Assembly (NCBI GenBank): GCA_963848295.1
Contig: CAWKDB010000010.1
Location: forward strand, 3,936,001 to 4,000,000
DNA length: 64,000 nucleotides
Reading direction: 5' to 3'
Origin: an uncultured delta proteobacterium
GTDB lineage: Bacteria > Myxococcota_A > Polyangia > Haliangiales > Haliangiaceae
In this document: in pieces, positions 15,988-26,352 of the stretch
Position numbering within the stretch: position 1 is the first letter of the stretch
Layout: each line of letters begins with the position of its first letter
Made by a program: the position numbers and the translations under genes
The notes under the pieces: generated by a model
The model's input: only the letters and a program-made list of their open reading frames with translations
Database searches by the model: none
Told to the model about the DNA's origin: nothing

Positions 15988-18213
15988 GTGGGCGATTTCC
16001 CCATCGGCTTCGGCCGGTACCAGCTCGTCGAGCGCCTCGCGGTGGGCGGGATGGCCGAGATCTTCGTGGCCACCGCTCCCGGTGAGCACGGGTTCCAGAA
16101 GCGCGTCGTGATCAAGCGGCTGCTGCCGCACCTGTCGTCCGACGATACGTACAACGCGATGTTCATCGACGAGGCGAAGCTGACCGCGCGCCTCGTCCAC
16201 CCGAAAATCGCGCAGACGTTCGAGCTCGGCAAGGTCGACGACACGCTGTTCATCGCGATGGAGTACATCGACGGCATCGATGTGCTCGCGCTGTTGCGCG
16301 AGTACGCGCAACGCAAGCGCCGGGTCGAGCCGATGATCGCGGCGTACATCGCCCACGAAGTGCTCGACGCGCTCGACTACGCGCACAGCCTCGCGGACGA
16401 GCACAAGAGCTCGCTCGGGATCGTCCATCGCGACATCTCGCCGTCGAACGTGCTGCTCAGCGTGCGCGGTGACGTCAAGCTCGTCGACTTCGGGATCGCG
16501 CGCGCGAAGGATCCGGATCGCGCGCACAAGAGCAAGACCGGCACACTCAAGGGCAAGTACGGCTACATGTCGCCGGAGCAGGTGATCGAGCAATCGCTCG
16601 ACGGGCGGTCCGACGTGTTCTCGGTCGGCGTCGTGCTCGCCGAGCTGCTGACCGGCCGGCGGTTGTTCGCCGCGGCGAACGAGCTCGACGTGCTGCTGAT
16701 GGTGCGCGACGCCAAGCTCGCGCGGCTCGACAAGTACGGCGTCGATATCGATCCCGGGCTCAACGCGATCGTGCGCAAGGCACTCAAGAAGTCGCTCGAC
16801 GAGCGGTGGAGCGGCGCGGCCGCGTTTCGCGATGCCCTCGCCGAGTGGCTGTTCGAGCAGCGCAAGCGCGTCACGCCGAAGCAGATCGCGGAGGTCGTCG
16901 CCGAGCTCCACGACGCGGTCGTCAGTCGACGCCAGCGCGGGCCCGAGGCGGGTGGTGCGACCGCGGTGATCGACGACATCATGCCGCAACGGCCACCGAG
17001 CGAGAGCGACGGGATGCCGATCGTGGTGGTCGAACAGGGCGACAGCCTGAGCATGCCGGTGATCTCGATGAGCTACGACGCGGGAGATGACGCGGCCAAG
17101 GCGCCGTCGAGACCGGTGTCCGTCGCCGAGCTCGCGGCGCCGCCGTCCAAGCGGGCCGAGACCGTGCGCGCGAAGCAGGCGATCCAGGTTCCGACCGTCG
17201 TGCCCTCGCGTGGCGCGCCCGCGGGCATGGGCCGAGCCGCGCAAGGCAGCGCGCCGCCGGTGGTCACGATCGCAGAAGCCGCGGTCGAGATTCCGATCGC
17301 CGATACGATCAGCGCGGCGGTCGAGGCGATCGTCTTGCCCGAGGCGCGCGAGCCGCGCAGCGAAGACTCGGTCACGCGCGCGTTCGACGATCTGACCGAG
17401 GACCCACCGGCGACGCGGTCGAAGGACATCCGGATTCCTTCGCCCGACGAGCTCGCGCGCAAGAAGCCGCCGACCCCGCCCGCGCTATCCGACATCGCCG
17501 AGCCGCCCGACGATGCCGGCGACTTCTCGACGACGTCGCCGCTGCGCGTCCTGTTCCGGCTGATGACCGCACGTGCGACCGGCCTGCTCGTCGTCGCGGT
17601 CGGCGGGATCAAGAAAGAGATCTACGTTCGCGACGGGCAACCCGAGTACGTGTCGTCGAACGTCGCGAGCGAGTTGTTCGGCAACTATCTCGTGACGAAG
17701 GGCGTGTTGTCCGACGGCGAGCTCGCGATGGCGCTCGCGATGATGCCGCACTACGGCGGCAAGCTCGGTGACACGCTCGTCGGGCTCGGCTTGTTGAAGC
17801 CGCTCGAGGTGTTCCGCCACCTGACGCGCCAGGTCCGCACGAAGATCATCGACGTCTGTACGTGGAACCGCGGCGGGTTCGGCTGGTACGCCGGTCGCGA
17901 GAATCCGCGCGAGGCGTTCCCGCTCGACTTCAACGCGTTCGAGATCCTCGGCGCCGGCGCGATGGCGATCGCCGACGACCAGGTCGAGCACTGGGTCGCG
18001 AAGCACGGCTCGCTCAGGCTGCGGGCGTCGCGCACGCGGCGAGTCGGCCCCGAGCGGTTCGAGGTCAAAGGCCTGGTCGAGCTGTTCGAGACCCTCGACG
18101 GCAAGGCGTCGGTCGGCGATCTCGTCGACGCGCACCACGATCGCGCGGAGCGACTCAAGCTCGGCCGCATGCTATGCCTGCTCGAGTCGTGCGACCTCGC
18201 GCGCCCGGCGTAA
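15988..18213 (+). CDS. Ser/Thr protein kinase with C-terminal DUF4388-like domain
   Basis: GGMAEIF, VIKR, HRDISPSN, DFGIA, YMSPEQ; C-terminal TGLLVV..KEIYVRDG. Confidence 0.95.
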   Translation: MGDFPIGFGRYQLVERLAVGGMAEIFVATAPGEHGFQKRVVIKRLLPHLSSDDTYNAMFIDEAKLTARLVHPKIAQTFELGKVDDTLFIAMEYIDGIDVLALLREYAQRKRRVEPMIAAYIAHEVLDALDYAHSLADEHKSSLGIVHRDISPSNVLLSVRGDVKLVDFGIARAKDPDRAHKSKTGTLKGKYGYMSPEQVIEQSLDGRSDVFSVGVVLAELLTGRRLFAAANELDVLLMVRDAKLARLDKYGVDIDPGLNAIVRKALKKSLDERWSGAAAFRDALAEWLFEQRKRVTPKQIAEVVAELHDAVVSRRQRGPEAGGATAVIDDIMPQRPPSESDGMPIVVVEQGDSLSMPVISMSYDAGDDAAKAPSRPVSVAELAAPPSKRAETVRAKQAIQVPTVVPSRGAPAGMGRAAQGSAPPVVTIAEAAVEIPIADTISAAVEAIVLPEAREPRSEDSVTRAFDDLTEDPPATRSKDIRIPSPDELARKKPPTPPALSDIAEPPDDAGDFSTTSPLRVLFRLMTARATGLLVVAVGGIKKEIYVRDGQPEYVSSNVASELFGNYLVTKGVLSDGELAMALAMMPHYGGKLGDTLVGLGLLKPLEVFRHLTRQVRTKIIDVCTWNRGGFGWYAGRENPREAFPLDFNAFEILGAGAMAIADDQVEHWVAKHGSLRLRASRTRRVGPERFEVKGLVELFETLDGKASVGDLVDAHHDRAERLKLGRMLCLLESCDLARPA

Positions 18214-18223
18214 CGACGGCGGT

Positions 18224-18528
18224 CTAATCCGCCGGGCCCCATCTCGCCGGCTTGCAATTGGCCCGGCGTCAACCTCGCACTCTCGTTCGAGTGCGGCGTG
18301 GGAACGCGCGGTTGGGCTAGCGCACTCGCGCGCAGCGCGATCGCCGCGCAGCGTCGTCGCTCCGCGGAGGCGCCCGAACCACCACGGCCTGCGCCGTCGC
18401 CCGAGCGAGTCCGGGGCGCCCTCGCAAGGCAGCCGCGCGAAGCCGCTGCGTCGGATCAGCACGAGCATGAATGCGAGGTGGACGCCGAGCCCACTGCAAG
18501 CTCGCGAGACGGGGCCCGGCGGAGCTAG
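18224..18528. repeat. 305-bp intergenic element with ~60-bp imperfect terminal inverted repeats (MITE/REPIN-like)
   Basis: Arm 18224-18282 matches the reverse complement of arm 18469-18528 at roughly four of five positions. Confidence 0.75.
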
Positions 18529-19415
18529 CGGGCTCGGTCGGTGTGCTGAAACGGCATCTCGTCGCCGTAGACGACGACGACCCAGATCGCGCCGTTGCCG
18601 ATCTCGGGATGCGGCGCTTGCCTTACGGCGACGCCGATGTCGTCCGCGGTCTGGCCGTTCAACAGCTTCTCGACCATACGATCGCGGGGCAGCGCGTCGA
18701 GCGTAGACAGCTTCGTCACGCTGTAGCGGAACCTGACGTACTTGCGATCGACCTCCGACAACTGGCTCTGCATCGCCGGCCAGACGTCGTCGGCCTTGGC
18801 GCCGGTCGCGAGCTCGGCCGCGAACTTGCGTGCCACGATCTCGAGCGCGGTATCGAGTCGAGGGCCGTGGTCCGTGGTCAGCACCGAGGTGATGCGCGAA
18901 GCAACGAGCCGCGTGTCGGTCGCGCGCGTCACGTCGAACACGATCGCGGTCGCGCACACGGTGTGATCGGGTGCCTCGACGACGCCGACGCCGATCTGGC
19001 TGACGTTCGGCGACAGCAGATCGTGGTGCTCGCGCGGCGAGCTCATCCACGCGAGCTCGGCATCGTCGACGGTCGGCGCGCGCGCGCTGTTCTCGGTTAG
19101 CCCAACCAGAGACAGGTCGCCGTAGTCGGAGTCGCGCAACGAGGCCTCGGAGGGAACGTCGCGGATCCGCGCGGACGACACGCGCGCGACGAGCGAGACC
19201 TGTTCGTTCCACGCGAGCACGGGCAGCCTTGCCGTGGCGCGCGCGTCGTTGATCAGGCCGAACAACCGGCGCTCGGCGTCGGTGGCGGCGGCGAGCGGAT
19301 AGCGCGGCGCCTCGATCACCGGTGGCTTCGGCGGCTCGATCACACGCGGTGGCGTGCAGGCGGTGGCGACGAGCGCGAGCAGCGCGAGGCGCCTCGCTAC
19401 CAAAACTTCCACCAC
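18525..19415 (-). CDS. CAP/SCP-domain lipoprotein
   Basis: Lipobox ATAC; LINDAR..LPVL, EN, WMSSPREH..LL, IGVGV. Confidence 0.8.
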   Translation of the reverse strand: MVEVLVARRLALLALVATACTPPRVIEPPKPPVIEAPRYPLAAATDAERRLFGLINDARATARLPVLAWNEQVSLVARVSSARIRDVPSEASLRDSDYGDLSLVGLTENSARAPTVDDAELAWMSSPREHHDLLSPNVSQIGVGVVEAPDHTVCATAIVFDVTRATDTRLVASRITSVLTTDHGPRLDTALEIVARKFAAELATGAKADDVWPAMQSQLSEVDRKYVRFRYSVTKLSTLDALPRDRMVEKLLNGQTADDIGVAVRQAPHPEIGNGAIWVVVVYGDEMPFQHTDRAR

Positions 19416-19987
19416 GGCTTGCGAGCGGGCGGTTCGGCCGGCGTCGCCGCGGGCTTCGCGGTCTTCGCTCGGGTCGGGCGGGGTGCGATCAGCACGCGGA
19501 ACGGCGCGATGCCCTCGAACAACGGCCGCAAGCCGAACCGCTGCCAGATCGTCTCGACGTTATCGCCGGTGAGCGCGGCCGGCTCGATCCCGTCTTCCTC
19601 GGGGATCGGTTCGCCGCTCAGCTCCCAGTCGTTCTGGATCCACCGCATCGACTCGCCATCGCGGAACATGCCGAACGCATACGAACCGCCGTGATCGCCG
19701 ATCATCGCGAACAACACGGTGCCGAGCTCGACGCTGAGCGCGACGAGCTGGTCGTCGTCGGCGAGCAGCAGCTCGCTCTCCGCCCAGCACGTGTACGGAC
19801 CGTCTTGCCACAACACGACGAGCGCGCCGTCGTCGTTCTTGTAGATCTGCTCCAGCGCGCTCCTGTCGGTGCGCTTGCGATTCTCTGCGAGCACGCCGGT
19901 GAGCATCTCGCCGTAGCGCTTGCGCAACGCGGTCTCGACCTGATCGATCTTCGCCGTCGCGGCATAGAAGAACGCCGTGACCCCCAT
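19397..19987 (-). CDS. Hypothetical protein ending KPWWKFW
   Basis: Start re-assigned to MGVTAFF (19987), 2 bp after the rluA-family stop; host-like codon usage. Confidence 0.7.
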   Translation of the reverse strand: MGVTAFFYAATAKIDQVETALRKRYGEMLTGVLAENRKRTDRSALEQIYKNDDGALVVLWQDGPYTCWAESELLLADDDQLVALSVELGTVLFAMIGDHGGSYAFGMFRDGESMRWIQNDWELSGEPIPEEDGIEPAALTGDNVETIWQRFGLRPLFEGIAPFRVLIAPRPTRAKTAKPAATPAEPPARKPWWKFW

Positions 19988-19989
19988 CG

Positions 19990-20913
19990 TTACAGCCCGA
20001 TCGACGTCAGCGCGGCGGTGAAACGCGCGGGTAGTGGAGCCTCGATCACGAGCTGCTCGCCCGCGAACAGCAGCTCGATGCGCGCGCCGTGCAGATAGAA
20101 CCCGGGATGGTCCGCGATCGGGTCGCCGCCGTATAGGGCGTCGCCGGCGATCGGCGAGCCGACGTGCGCGAGGTGGGCGCGGACCTGGTGCATCCGGCCG
20201 GTGCGCGCGGTGCAGCGCACGAGCGCGTGGGTCGCGTTTGCGCGCTCGACCGCGAACACGGTGTGAGCGGACAGCCCGTCGGTGTAATCGACCGCGACGT
20301 GATCGCCGCGCTGCGCGAGCGGGGCATCGCATTCGCGCGACACCGGCCGGCCGACGGTCAGCGCGAGATACTGCTTGTCGACCGAGCCGGCGCCAAACGC
20401 CGCGCGTAACGCGCGATACGCGTCGGCGGTGCGAGCGGCGATCAACGCGCCCGACGTGCCGATATCGAGGCGATGGACCAAGCCACCATCGCGCGCGTCG
20501 TAACCGATGCCGTCCTCGGGCTCGAGCGCGGCGCACTCGGGCCAGCGCGCGGCGATCGCGTTTGCGGCGGTGCCGGTCTCGCCGGCGCGGAGCGGCTGCG
20601 ACGGCATGCCTGCGGGTTTCGCGATCACGACGAGCTCGGGGCGCTCGATCAACACCTCGAGCTGCGCGGCGGCGGCTGGATCGGCGACGGGACGCAGCGC
20701 GTCGCCCGATGCAGGCGGGTGAGCGAGCTCGATGACATCGCCAGCGGCGACGCGATCGCCTTTCTTCGCGCGTGCGCCGCGAATTCGCACCGCGCCATCG
20801 TCGAACAGCTGCGCGAGCTCCCGCCGCCCCGCGCTCGGAAACTGGCGCGCGAGCGCTTTGTCGACGCGGCCTTCGCCGCCGGCCTCGATCGTGACGGTGA
20901 CCTTCTCGTTCAT
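19990..20913 (-). CDS. RluA/RluD-family pseudouridine synthase
   Basis: S4-like N-terminus, KPAGM, VHRLD..TSG, TGRMHQVR, PIAGD. Start MNEKV at 20913. Confidence 0.92.
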   Translation of the reverse strand: MNEKVTVTIEAGGEGRVDKALARQFPSAGRRELAQLFDDGAVRIRGARAKKGDRVAAGDVIELAHPPASGDALRPVADPAAAAQLEVLIERPELVVIAKPAGMPSQPLRAGETGTAANAIAARWPECAALEPEDGIGYDARDGGLVHRLDIGTSGALIAARTADAYRALRAAFGAGSVDKQYLALTVGRPVSRECDAPLAQRGDHVAVDYTDGLSAHTVFAVERANATHALVRCTARTGRMHQVRAHLAHVGSPIAGDALYGGDPIADHPGFYLHGARIELLFAGEQLVIEAPLPARFTAALTSIGL

Positions 20914-22103
20914 ACCGCCTCCAGCAGGATCGCCGGCACGATCGCGTTCGGCAAGACCTCCGTGGTCTCGGCCGCGAGCTCGAGCAGCGCGTTGCAGCCG
21001 ACGAGCGAGGTCAGGATCGCCGAGCCCTGCTTCGGGTGCGGGTGCGCGACGAGGTGCTCGCCGTTGCGCACGACCTTGGCGCGAACGAAGTGGGTGCGCC
21101 CGGCTTGCTTGCGATAGCCGCGCACGACGGTGACGGGCGCGCGAGGCCTCGCGATGACCGCGGCGCCTTGCAACGCCAGTAGCGCCGGCCGCACGAACAG
21201 CTCGAACGCGACGAACGTCGAGACCGGATTGCCCGGCAGGCCGAACACCGGCACCGCGCCGTTGACGCCGAACGAGAACGGCTTGCCCGGCTTCATCGCG
21301 ACCTTCCACAGCTCGAGCTCGACCCCGGCGGCCGCGAGCGCCGCGCGCACGTGATCGCGATCGCCGACCGACACGCCGCCGGTCGTGATCACGACGTCGT
21401 GATCGAACGCGCTCGCGATCATCGCCGCGACCGTCATCGGATCGTCTTTCGCGATGCCGAAGTACGTCGAGGTACCTCCGGCCGCGGTGACCTGCGCGGC
21501 GAGCGCGTGCGCCGACGAATCGACGCTCTGACCCGGGCCGAGCGGTTGCGATGCATCGACCAGCTCGTCGCCGGTCGCGATCAGCGCGACTCGAGGCGCG
21601 CGAAACACCGGCACCTCACCGATCCCGAGCGCGGCGAGCAGGCCGAGCTCGCCTGCGCCGAGCCGGACCCCCGCGGTCACGGCGACCTCGCCGATCGCGA
21701 TATCCTCGCCGGCGCGTCGCACGTTGTCGCCGACCGGCGATTCGGGCAGCACGACCGCGTTCGCCAGCTCGTCGAGGTTGACGTCCTCCTGCATGACCAC
21801 GGTGTCGAGCTCGGACGGTAGCGCCGCACCGGTCATGATCCGCACCGCGGATCGCTCGGGGATCGGCCCGGTATGAGGCGAGCCGGCGAAGATCCGCGCG
21901 ACGATCGGCAGCGTCGCCGGCAGCTCGGCCGAGCGCGCGGCGTAGCCATCCATCGCCGAGTTGTCGAACCCGGGCAGCGCGCGCGGAGCGACCATGTCCT
22001 CGGCGAGCACTCGGCCGGCGGCCTCACGCAGCGGTATGCGCTGCACCGCCAGTGGCACGAGCCGCGCGGCGATCGCTGCGCTCGCTTCATCGACCGAAAC
22101 CAT
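20910..22103 (-). CDS. moeA: Molybdopterin molybdotransferase
   Basis: SAMDGYA, IMTGA, TGDEL, TGGVSVG, KPGKP, LPGNP. Confidence 0.95.
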   Translation of the reverse strand: MVSVDEASAAIAARLVPLAVQRIPLREAAGRVLAEDMVAPRALPGFDNSAMDGYAARSAELPATLPIVARIFAGSPHTGPIPERSAVRIMTGAALPSELDTVVMQEDVNLDELANAVVLPESPVGDNVRRAGEDIAIGEVAVTAGVRLGAGELGLLAALGIGEVPVFRAPRVALIATGDELVDASQPLGPGQSVDSSAHALAAQVTAAGGTSTYFGIAKDDPMTVAAMIASAFDHDVVITTGGVSVGDRDHVRAALAAAGVELELWKVAMKPGKPFSFGVNGAVPVFGLPGNPVSTFVAFELFVRPALLALQGAAVIARPRAPVTVVRGYRKQAGRTHFVRAKVVRNGEHLVAHPHPKQGSAILTSLVGCNALLELAAETTEVLPNAIVPAILLEAV

Positions 22104-22120
22104 CGTGCGAGCTTCTTACC

Positions 22121-23488
22121 TCAGATCTCGAGGTGCAAGCGCAGCGAGCCGACCACGACCGGGCCGCGATCGACGTTGTAGCCGGGGTGATCGATGACCT
22201 GGACGTCGGCCGCCGGCGAGACCCCGCGCCATACGTGCACGGTGTAGTAGACCTCGGCGATGTCTTCGCGGCCGTAGTGCAACTCGCCGTCCCCGAGCAA
22301 GAACCCCTTGCCACCGAGCTCGAGATACGTGCGATGCGGCACCGAGATACCGTTCGAGACGACCGCGACGCCGATCTTGTCGCGCGGTCGGGACCACGCG
22401 GTGCCGGCGAGATCGAAGCCGACGAGCGCGGTGTTGTCGACCTCGGTATACGCGAACGATTCGGTCGCGCCGTCGTTCCAGCCGAGCCGCATGAAGCCGC
22501 GCAGCGAGTTGCCGATCTGCTGCTCGGCGTTTAGCCCGAACCCGTACTTGATGCGATTCTTCGCCCGCGTCGCGGTGATGTCGAGCGCATCGATGATGCC
22601 CTGGTTGAATTCGGCGATCGTGTCGTCGTAGTTGCCCATCTGCGCGTGGTTGAGGTACGCGAGGACGCGCACGACGCCGGGGTTGCCGAGGACGCAGCCG
22701 CGGACCACGCCCTCGAGGTTCTCGCCGCGCGCGTTCGCGACGTCGTAGTCGTAGTGGATGCCGTTCGCGATCGTCGGCATCAACGCCTCGCCGAGCCGGA
22801 TCGCGAACCGAGGCTCGATGTACTGGATCACCGCGCCGAGCGTGTAGCCGCGCGTATCGGCGGCGTAGTCCCAGGCGCCGTTGTTGTCGACGGTCCAGTT
22901 CATGAACTGGAGGTGGCTATCGGTGCCGGCGCCGTTGAGGTCGAAGTAGTCCGGCATCCCGATCTTGCCCACGATGATCTCGATCCGGCGCTTCGCGACC
23001 CTCGCAAAAGGGCGCAGCGGGCCGCGACCGGCGTCGACCTTGTCGTCGGACAACGGGATGACCTGATCGATAAACGCCCGCCCGATGTACGGGTTCGGTC
23101 CGAGCGCTGGGTTGCGCACGACGTCGAGATCGGTGAAGCCGGCGATGCCGAGCGCGGACGATAGGCCCGTGCCGCTCGCCGATTCCGGCGACAACACGAG
23201 CGCGGTCGTCGAGGTCAGCGCGTAGCCGGCGTACACCGTCTCGACGAACGACGTCTCCTCGTGGTCGTCCGGCCGAAAGCTGTTGCTGCCCTCGTACGGC
23301 GAATGAAACCCGGGTTGCGCCTGCGTGATCGTGTTGACCTGCGCGGACAACCACCACGACGCCACCGCATGGGGTGCGAGATAGGTGTCGCGATCCACCT
23401 CACCATCGTCCGCCGCGGAGATCGCAGGTGCGCTCATGATGGCTAGCGCGAACAGGTACCGCGGCATGAACCCTGATTGTTCACTCAC
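22121..23488 (-). CDS. OprB-like carbohydrate-selective porin family protein
   Basis: AWDYAADTRGYT, ESFAYTEVD, PGYN.DRGPV motifs; beta-barrel C-terminus. Confidence 0.85.
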   Translation of the reverse strand: MSEQSGFMPRYLFALAIMSAPAISAADDGEVDRDTYLAPHAVASWWLSAQVNTITQAQPGFHSPYEGSNSFRPDDHEETSFVETVYAGYALTSTTALVLSPESASGTGLSSALGIAGFTDLDVVRNPALGPNPYIGRAFIDQVIPLSDDKVDAGRGPLRPFARVAKRRIEIIVGKIGMPDYFDLNGAGTDSHLQFMNWTVDNNGAWDYAADTRGYTLGAVIQYIEPRFAIRLGEALMPTIANGIHYDYDVANARGENLEGVVRGCVLGNPGVVRVLAYLNHAQMGNYDDTIAEFNQGIIDALDITATRAKNRIKYGFGLNAEQQIGNSLRGFMRLGWNDGATESFAYTEVDNTALVGFDLAGTAWSRPRDKIGVAVVSNGISVPHRTYLELGGKGFLLGDGELHYGREDIAEVYYTVHVWRGVSPAADVQVIDHPGYNVDRGPVVVGSLRLHLEI

Positions 23489-23539
23489 CGCGTGGCCGGC
23501 GGCAACAAACCGCGCGCGCTACGGCGTAGGCTACTCGCG

Positions 23540-26350
23540 ATGACGGGATCTACCTCGCGGATGTTGATCGTCGCGCTCGCTGTGGCCGCCGGCTGCTGCC
23601 CAGAGCCACCGAAACCGAAGACGGTCGCGACGGCGAAGCCGGCCACGATCGATCTGGCCACGCCTCAGGAGGTCCACCTCAAGAACCTGCGCCAGTTGAC
23701 GTTCGGCGCTGACAACGCGGAGGCGTACTGGGCGTTCGGCGGCGACAAGTTGATCATGCAGACCAACCACAAGCCGTACAAGTGCGATCAGATCGAGGAG
23801 ATGCCGTTGTCCGGGGCACCGGGCACGCTGGTGTCGGACGGCAAGGGTCGCGACACGTGCTCGTACTTCTTGAAGGGCGACCAGGAGATCATCTACTCGT
23901 CGACCGAAGCGACGTCACCCGACTGCCCGACGCCGCCCGACATGTCGAAGGGCTACAACTGGGGCCTGTTCGAGTACGACATCTATCGCGCGAACGCGGA
24001 TGGCTCGAACAAGCGCTTGTTGATCGGCGGCCCCGGCTATGACGCGGAAGCGACGGTGTGCCCGGTCGACGGCTCGATCATCTTCACGTCCGAGCGCGGC
24101 GGCGATCTCGATCTATGGCGCGCGGATGCCGACGGTAAGAACCTGCGCCAGATCACCAACCTACCGGGCTACGACGGCGGCGCGTTCTTCTCCGCCGACT
24201 GCACGAAGATCGTGTGGCGCGCGTCGCGGCCCGAAGGCGAGGACCTCGTCAAGTACAAGGCGTTGCTCGCGCAGCACCTCGTGCGGCCGACGAAGATGGA
24301 CCTGTGGGTCGCGAACGCCGATGGCACCGAGGCGCGCCAGATCACGTATCTGCCGGGCGCTTCGTTCGGGCCGTACTTCTACCCGAGCGGCAAGCGCGTG
24401 ATCTTCGCCTCGAACTACTTGCAGCCGACCGGGCCGGAGTTCGACCTGTTCGCGATCGACATCGACGGCACGCACCTCGAGCGCCTGACGTACGCCGGCG
24501 GCTTCGACGGCTTCCCGGTGTTCTCGCCCGACGGCACGAAGCTGTCGTTCTCGTCGAACCGGCGATTCGGCGTGACGAAGAAGCCGGATGGCACCGAGGT
24601 GTACGCGGCGACGGGTGGCGTCGCCGGGATCCACGACACGAACGTGTTTCTCGCCGATTGGTCGGCGGAGCGCGGTCCCGAGCAGCCCGAGACCGCGGTG
24701 GCGAACCGCTATGCGGACGACGTGAAGTATCTCGCCGACGATGCGCGCGAGGGTCGCGGCATCGGCACCCAAGGGCTCGCGGACGCCGCGGACTACGTCC
24801 AGAGACAGCTCGAGTCGGTCGGCGTGCAGGTCACGCGGCAGACGTTCGAGGTCACGACCTCGATCGAGCGCGGCGAGAACACGGTCGTCGCGATCGATCG
24901 CAAGCCGCTCGCCGACTCCGGGTTCGCGCCGATGGGGTTCTCGGCGAACGGCAAGGTCGAAGCGCAAGTCGTCGCGGCGGGGTGGGGCATCGTCGATGCG
25001 GACAGCAAGCTCGACGACTACAAAGGCAAGAACGTCAAAGGCAAGATCGCGCTCGTCCATCGCTTCGCGCCACAAGCCGATCAGAAGAGCAAAGAGCAAG
25101 ATCCGAAGATGGCGCGGCTCGGCGACCTGCGGTGGAAGGCGATGATCGCGCGCCAGCACGGCGCGGTCGGTCTGCTCGTCGTCGATGACGGTGATCTCAA
25201 GCAAGACGAAGCTCCGTTGCCTATTCTCGGTCCGGACGACGTGATCGGTGGCGGCGCCGATGTCGGTCTGCCGGTCGTCGTGCTGACTCGCGATGCGGCG
25301 AAGGTGCTCGCGCGGGGCACGCACAGGGCGAAGCTCGAGGTCGCGCTCGAACCGCGTCGCGCTCCGACCGATAACGTCATCGGCGTGATCCACGCCGGCG
25401 CGGCGACGAAGCAACCCGGCGTCGTCGTGATCGGTGCGCACCTCGACCACCTCGGGATGGGCGGCGGCTCGAACGCGCTCGACCCGAAAGTCCATGCCGT
25501 CCACAACGGCGCCGATGACAACGCCTCGGGCGTCGCGGCGCTGCTCGAGGTCGCGCGGACGTTGTCGGGCAAGGCCGGTCAGCTCCAGCGCGACGTCTAC
25601 TTCGTCGCGTTCTCCGGCGAAGAGGAGGGCGATCTCGGCTCGAGCTACTTCGTCAAGCACCCGCCGACTGCCGATCCTATCGTCGCGATGATCAACATGG
25701 ATATGGTCGGCCGGATGCGTAACAACCAGCTCGCGGTCAACGGCGGCGACTCGGCGAAGGAGTGGCGCGAGCTCGTCCAGCCCGCCTGCGATGCCGCGCG
25801 CGTACACTGCACGATCGGCGGCTCGGGCTACGGTCCGAGCGATCACATGGCGTTCTATGTCACCGGCGTTCCAGTGCTGTTCCTGTTCACCGGCAGCCAC
25901 CTCGACTATCACACCGCGACCGACGACTCCGACAAGATCAACGCCGCGGGCGGGGCACGCGTCGCGATGATCGCCGCGGACGTCGCGTTCAGCGTCGCGA
26001 ATCGCTCGGGCACGCTGACCTACGTCAAGGCGCCACCCGAGATGACGGGCGGCGACGTGCGGCGGCGCGGCGGCTCACTCGGCACCGTGCCATCGTATGA
26101 CGAAGATCCGAATCAGCCGCCGGGGGTCCAGCTCTCCGATGTCATCCCCGATGGCCCGGCGGCGAAGGCCGGACTCAAAGGCGGCGATCGCATCATCAAG
26201 GTGGGCACGATCGAGATTCGCAACATCAACGATCTGATGTTCGTGCTCGAGGCCGCGAAACCGGGCACCGTGACGTCGATCACCTACGTTCGAGCCGGCA
26301 AGACCGAGACCGCAACGGCGACGTTCGGCCAGCCGCGCGGCAAGCGTTAG
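23540..26350 (+). CDS. Lipoprotein: TolB-like (PD40) propeller + PA + M28 peptidase + PDZ
   Basis: GYDGGAFFS repeats; GAHLDHLG, GADDNASG, GEEEG, NMDMVG, SDH, DYH; C-terminal PDZ (GPAAKAGLKGGD). Confidence 0.92.
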   Translation: MTGSTSRMLIVALAVAAGCCPEPPKPKTVATAKPATIDLATPQEVHLKNLRQLTFGADNAEAYWAFGGDKLIMQTNHKPYKCDQIEEMPLSGAPGTLVSDGKGRDTCSYFLKGDQEIIYSSTEATSPDCPTPPDMSKGYNWGLFEYDIYRANADGSNKRLLIGGPGYDAEATVCPVDGSIIFTSERGGDLDLWRADADGKNLRQITNLPGYDGGAFFSADCTKIVWRASRPEGEDLVKYKALLAQHLVRPTKMDLWVANADGTEARQITYLPGASFGPYFYPSGKRVIFASNYLQPTGPEFDLFAIDIDGTHLERLTYAGGFDGFPVFSPDGTKLSFSSNRRFGVTKKPDGTEVYAATGGVAGIHDTNVFLADWSAERGPEQPETAVANRYADDVKYLADDAREGRGIGTQGLADAADYVQRQLESVGVQVTRQTFEVTTSIERGENTVVAIDRKPLADSGFAPMGFSANGKVEAQVVAAGWGIVDADSKLDDYKGKNVKGKIALVHRFAPQADQKSKEQDPKMARLGDLRWKAMIARQHGAVGLLVVDDGDLKQDEAPLPILGPDDVIGGGADVGLPVVVLTRDAAKVLARGTHRAKLEVALEPRRAPTDNVIGVIHAGAATKQPGVVVIGAHLDHLGMGGGSNALDPKVHAVHNGADDNASGVAALLEVARTLSGKAGQLQRDVYFVAFSGEEEGDLGSSYFVKHPPTADPIVAMINMDMVGRMRNNQLAVNGGDSAKEWRELVQPACDAARVHCTIGGSGYGPSDHMAFYVTGVPVLFLFTGSHLDYHTATDDSDKINAAGGARVAMIAADVAFSVANRSGTLTYVKAPPEMTGGDVRRRGGSLGTVPSYDEDPNQPPGVQLSDVIPDGPAAKAGLKGGDRIIKVGTIEIRNINDLMFVLEAAKPGTVTSITYVRAGKTETATATFGQPRGKR

Positions 26351-26352
26351 CG

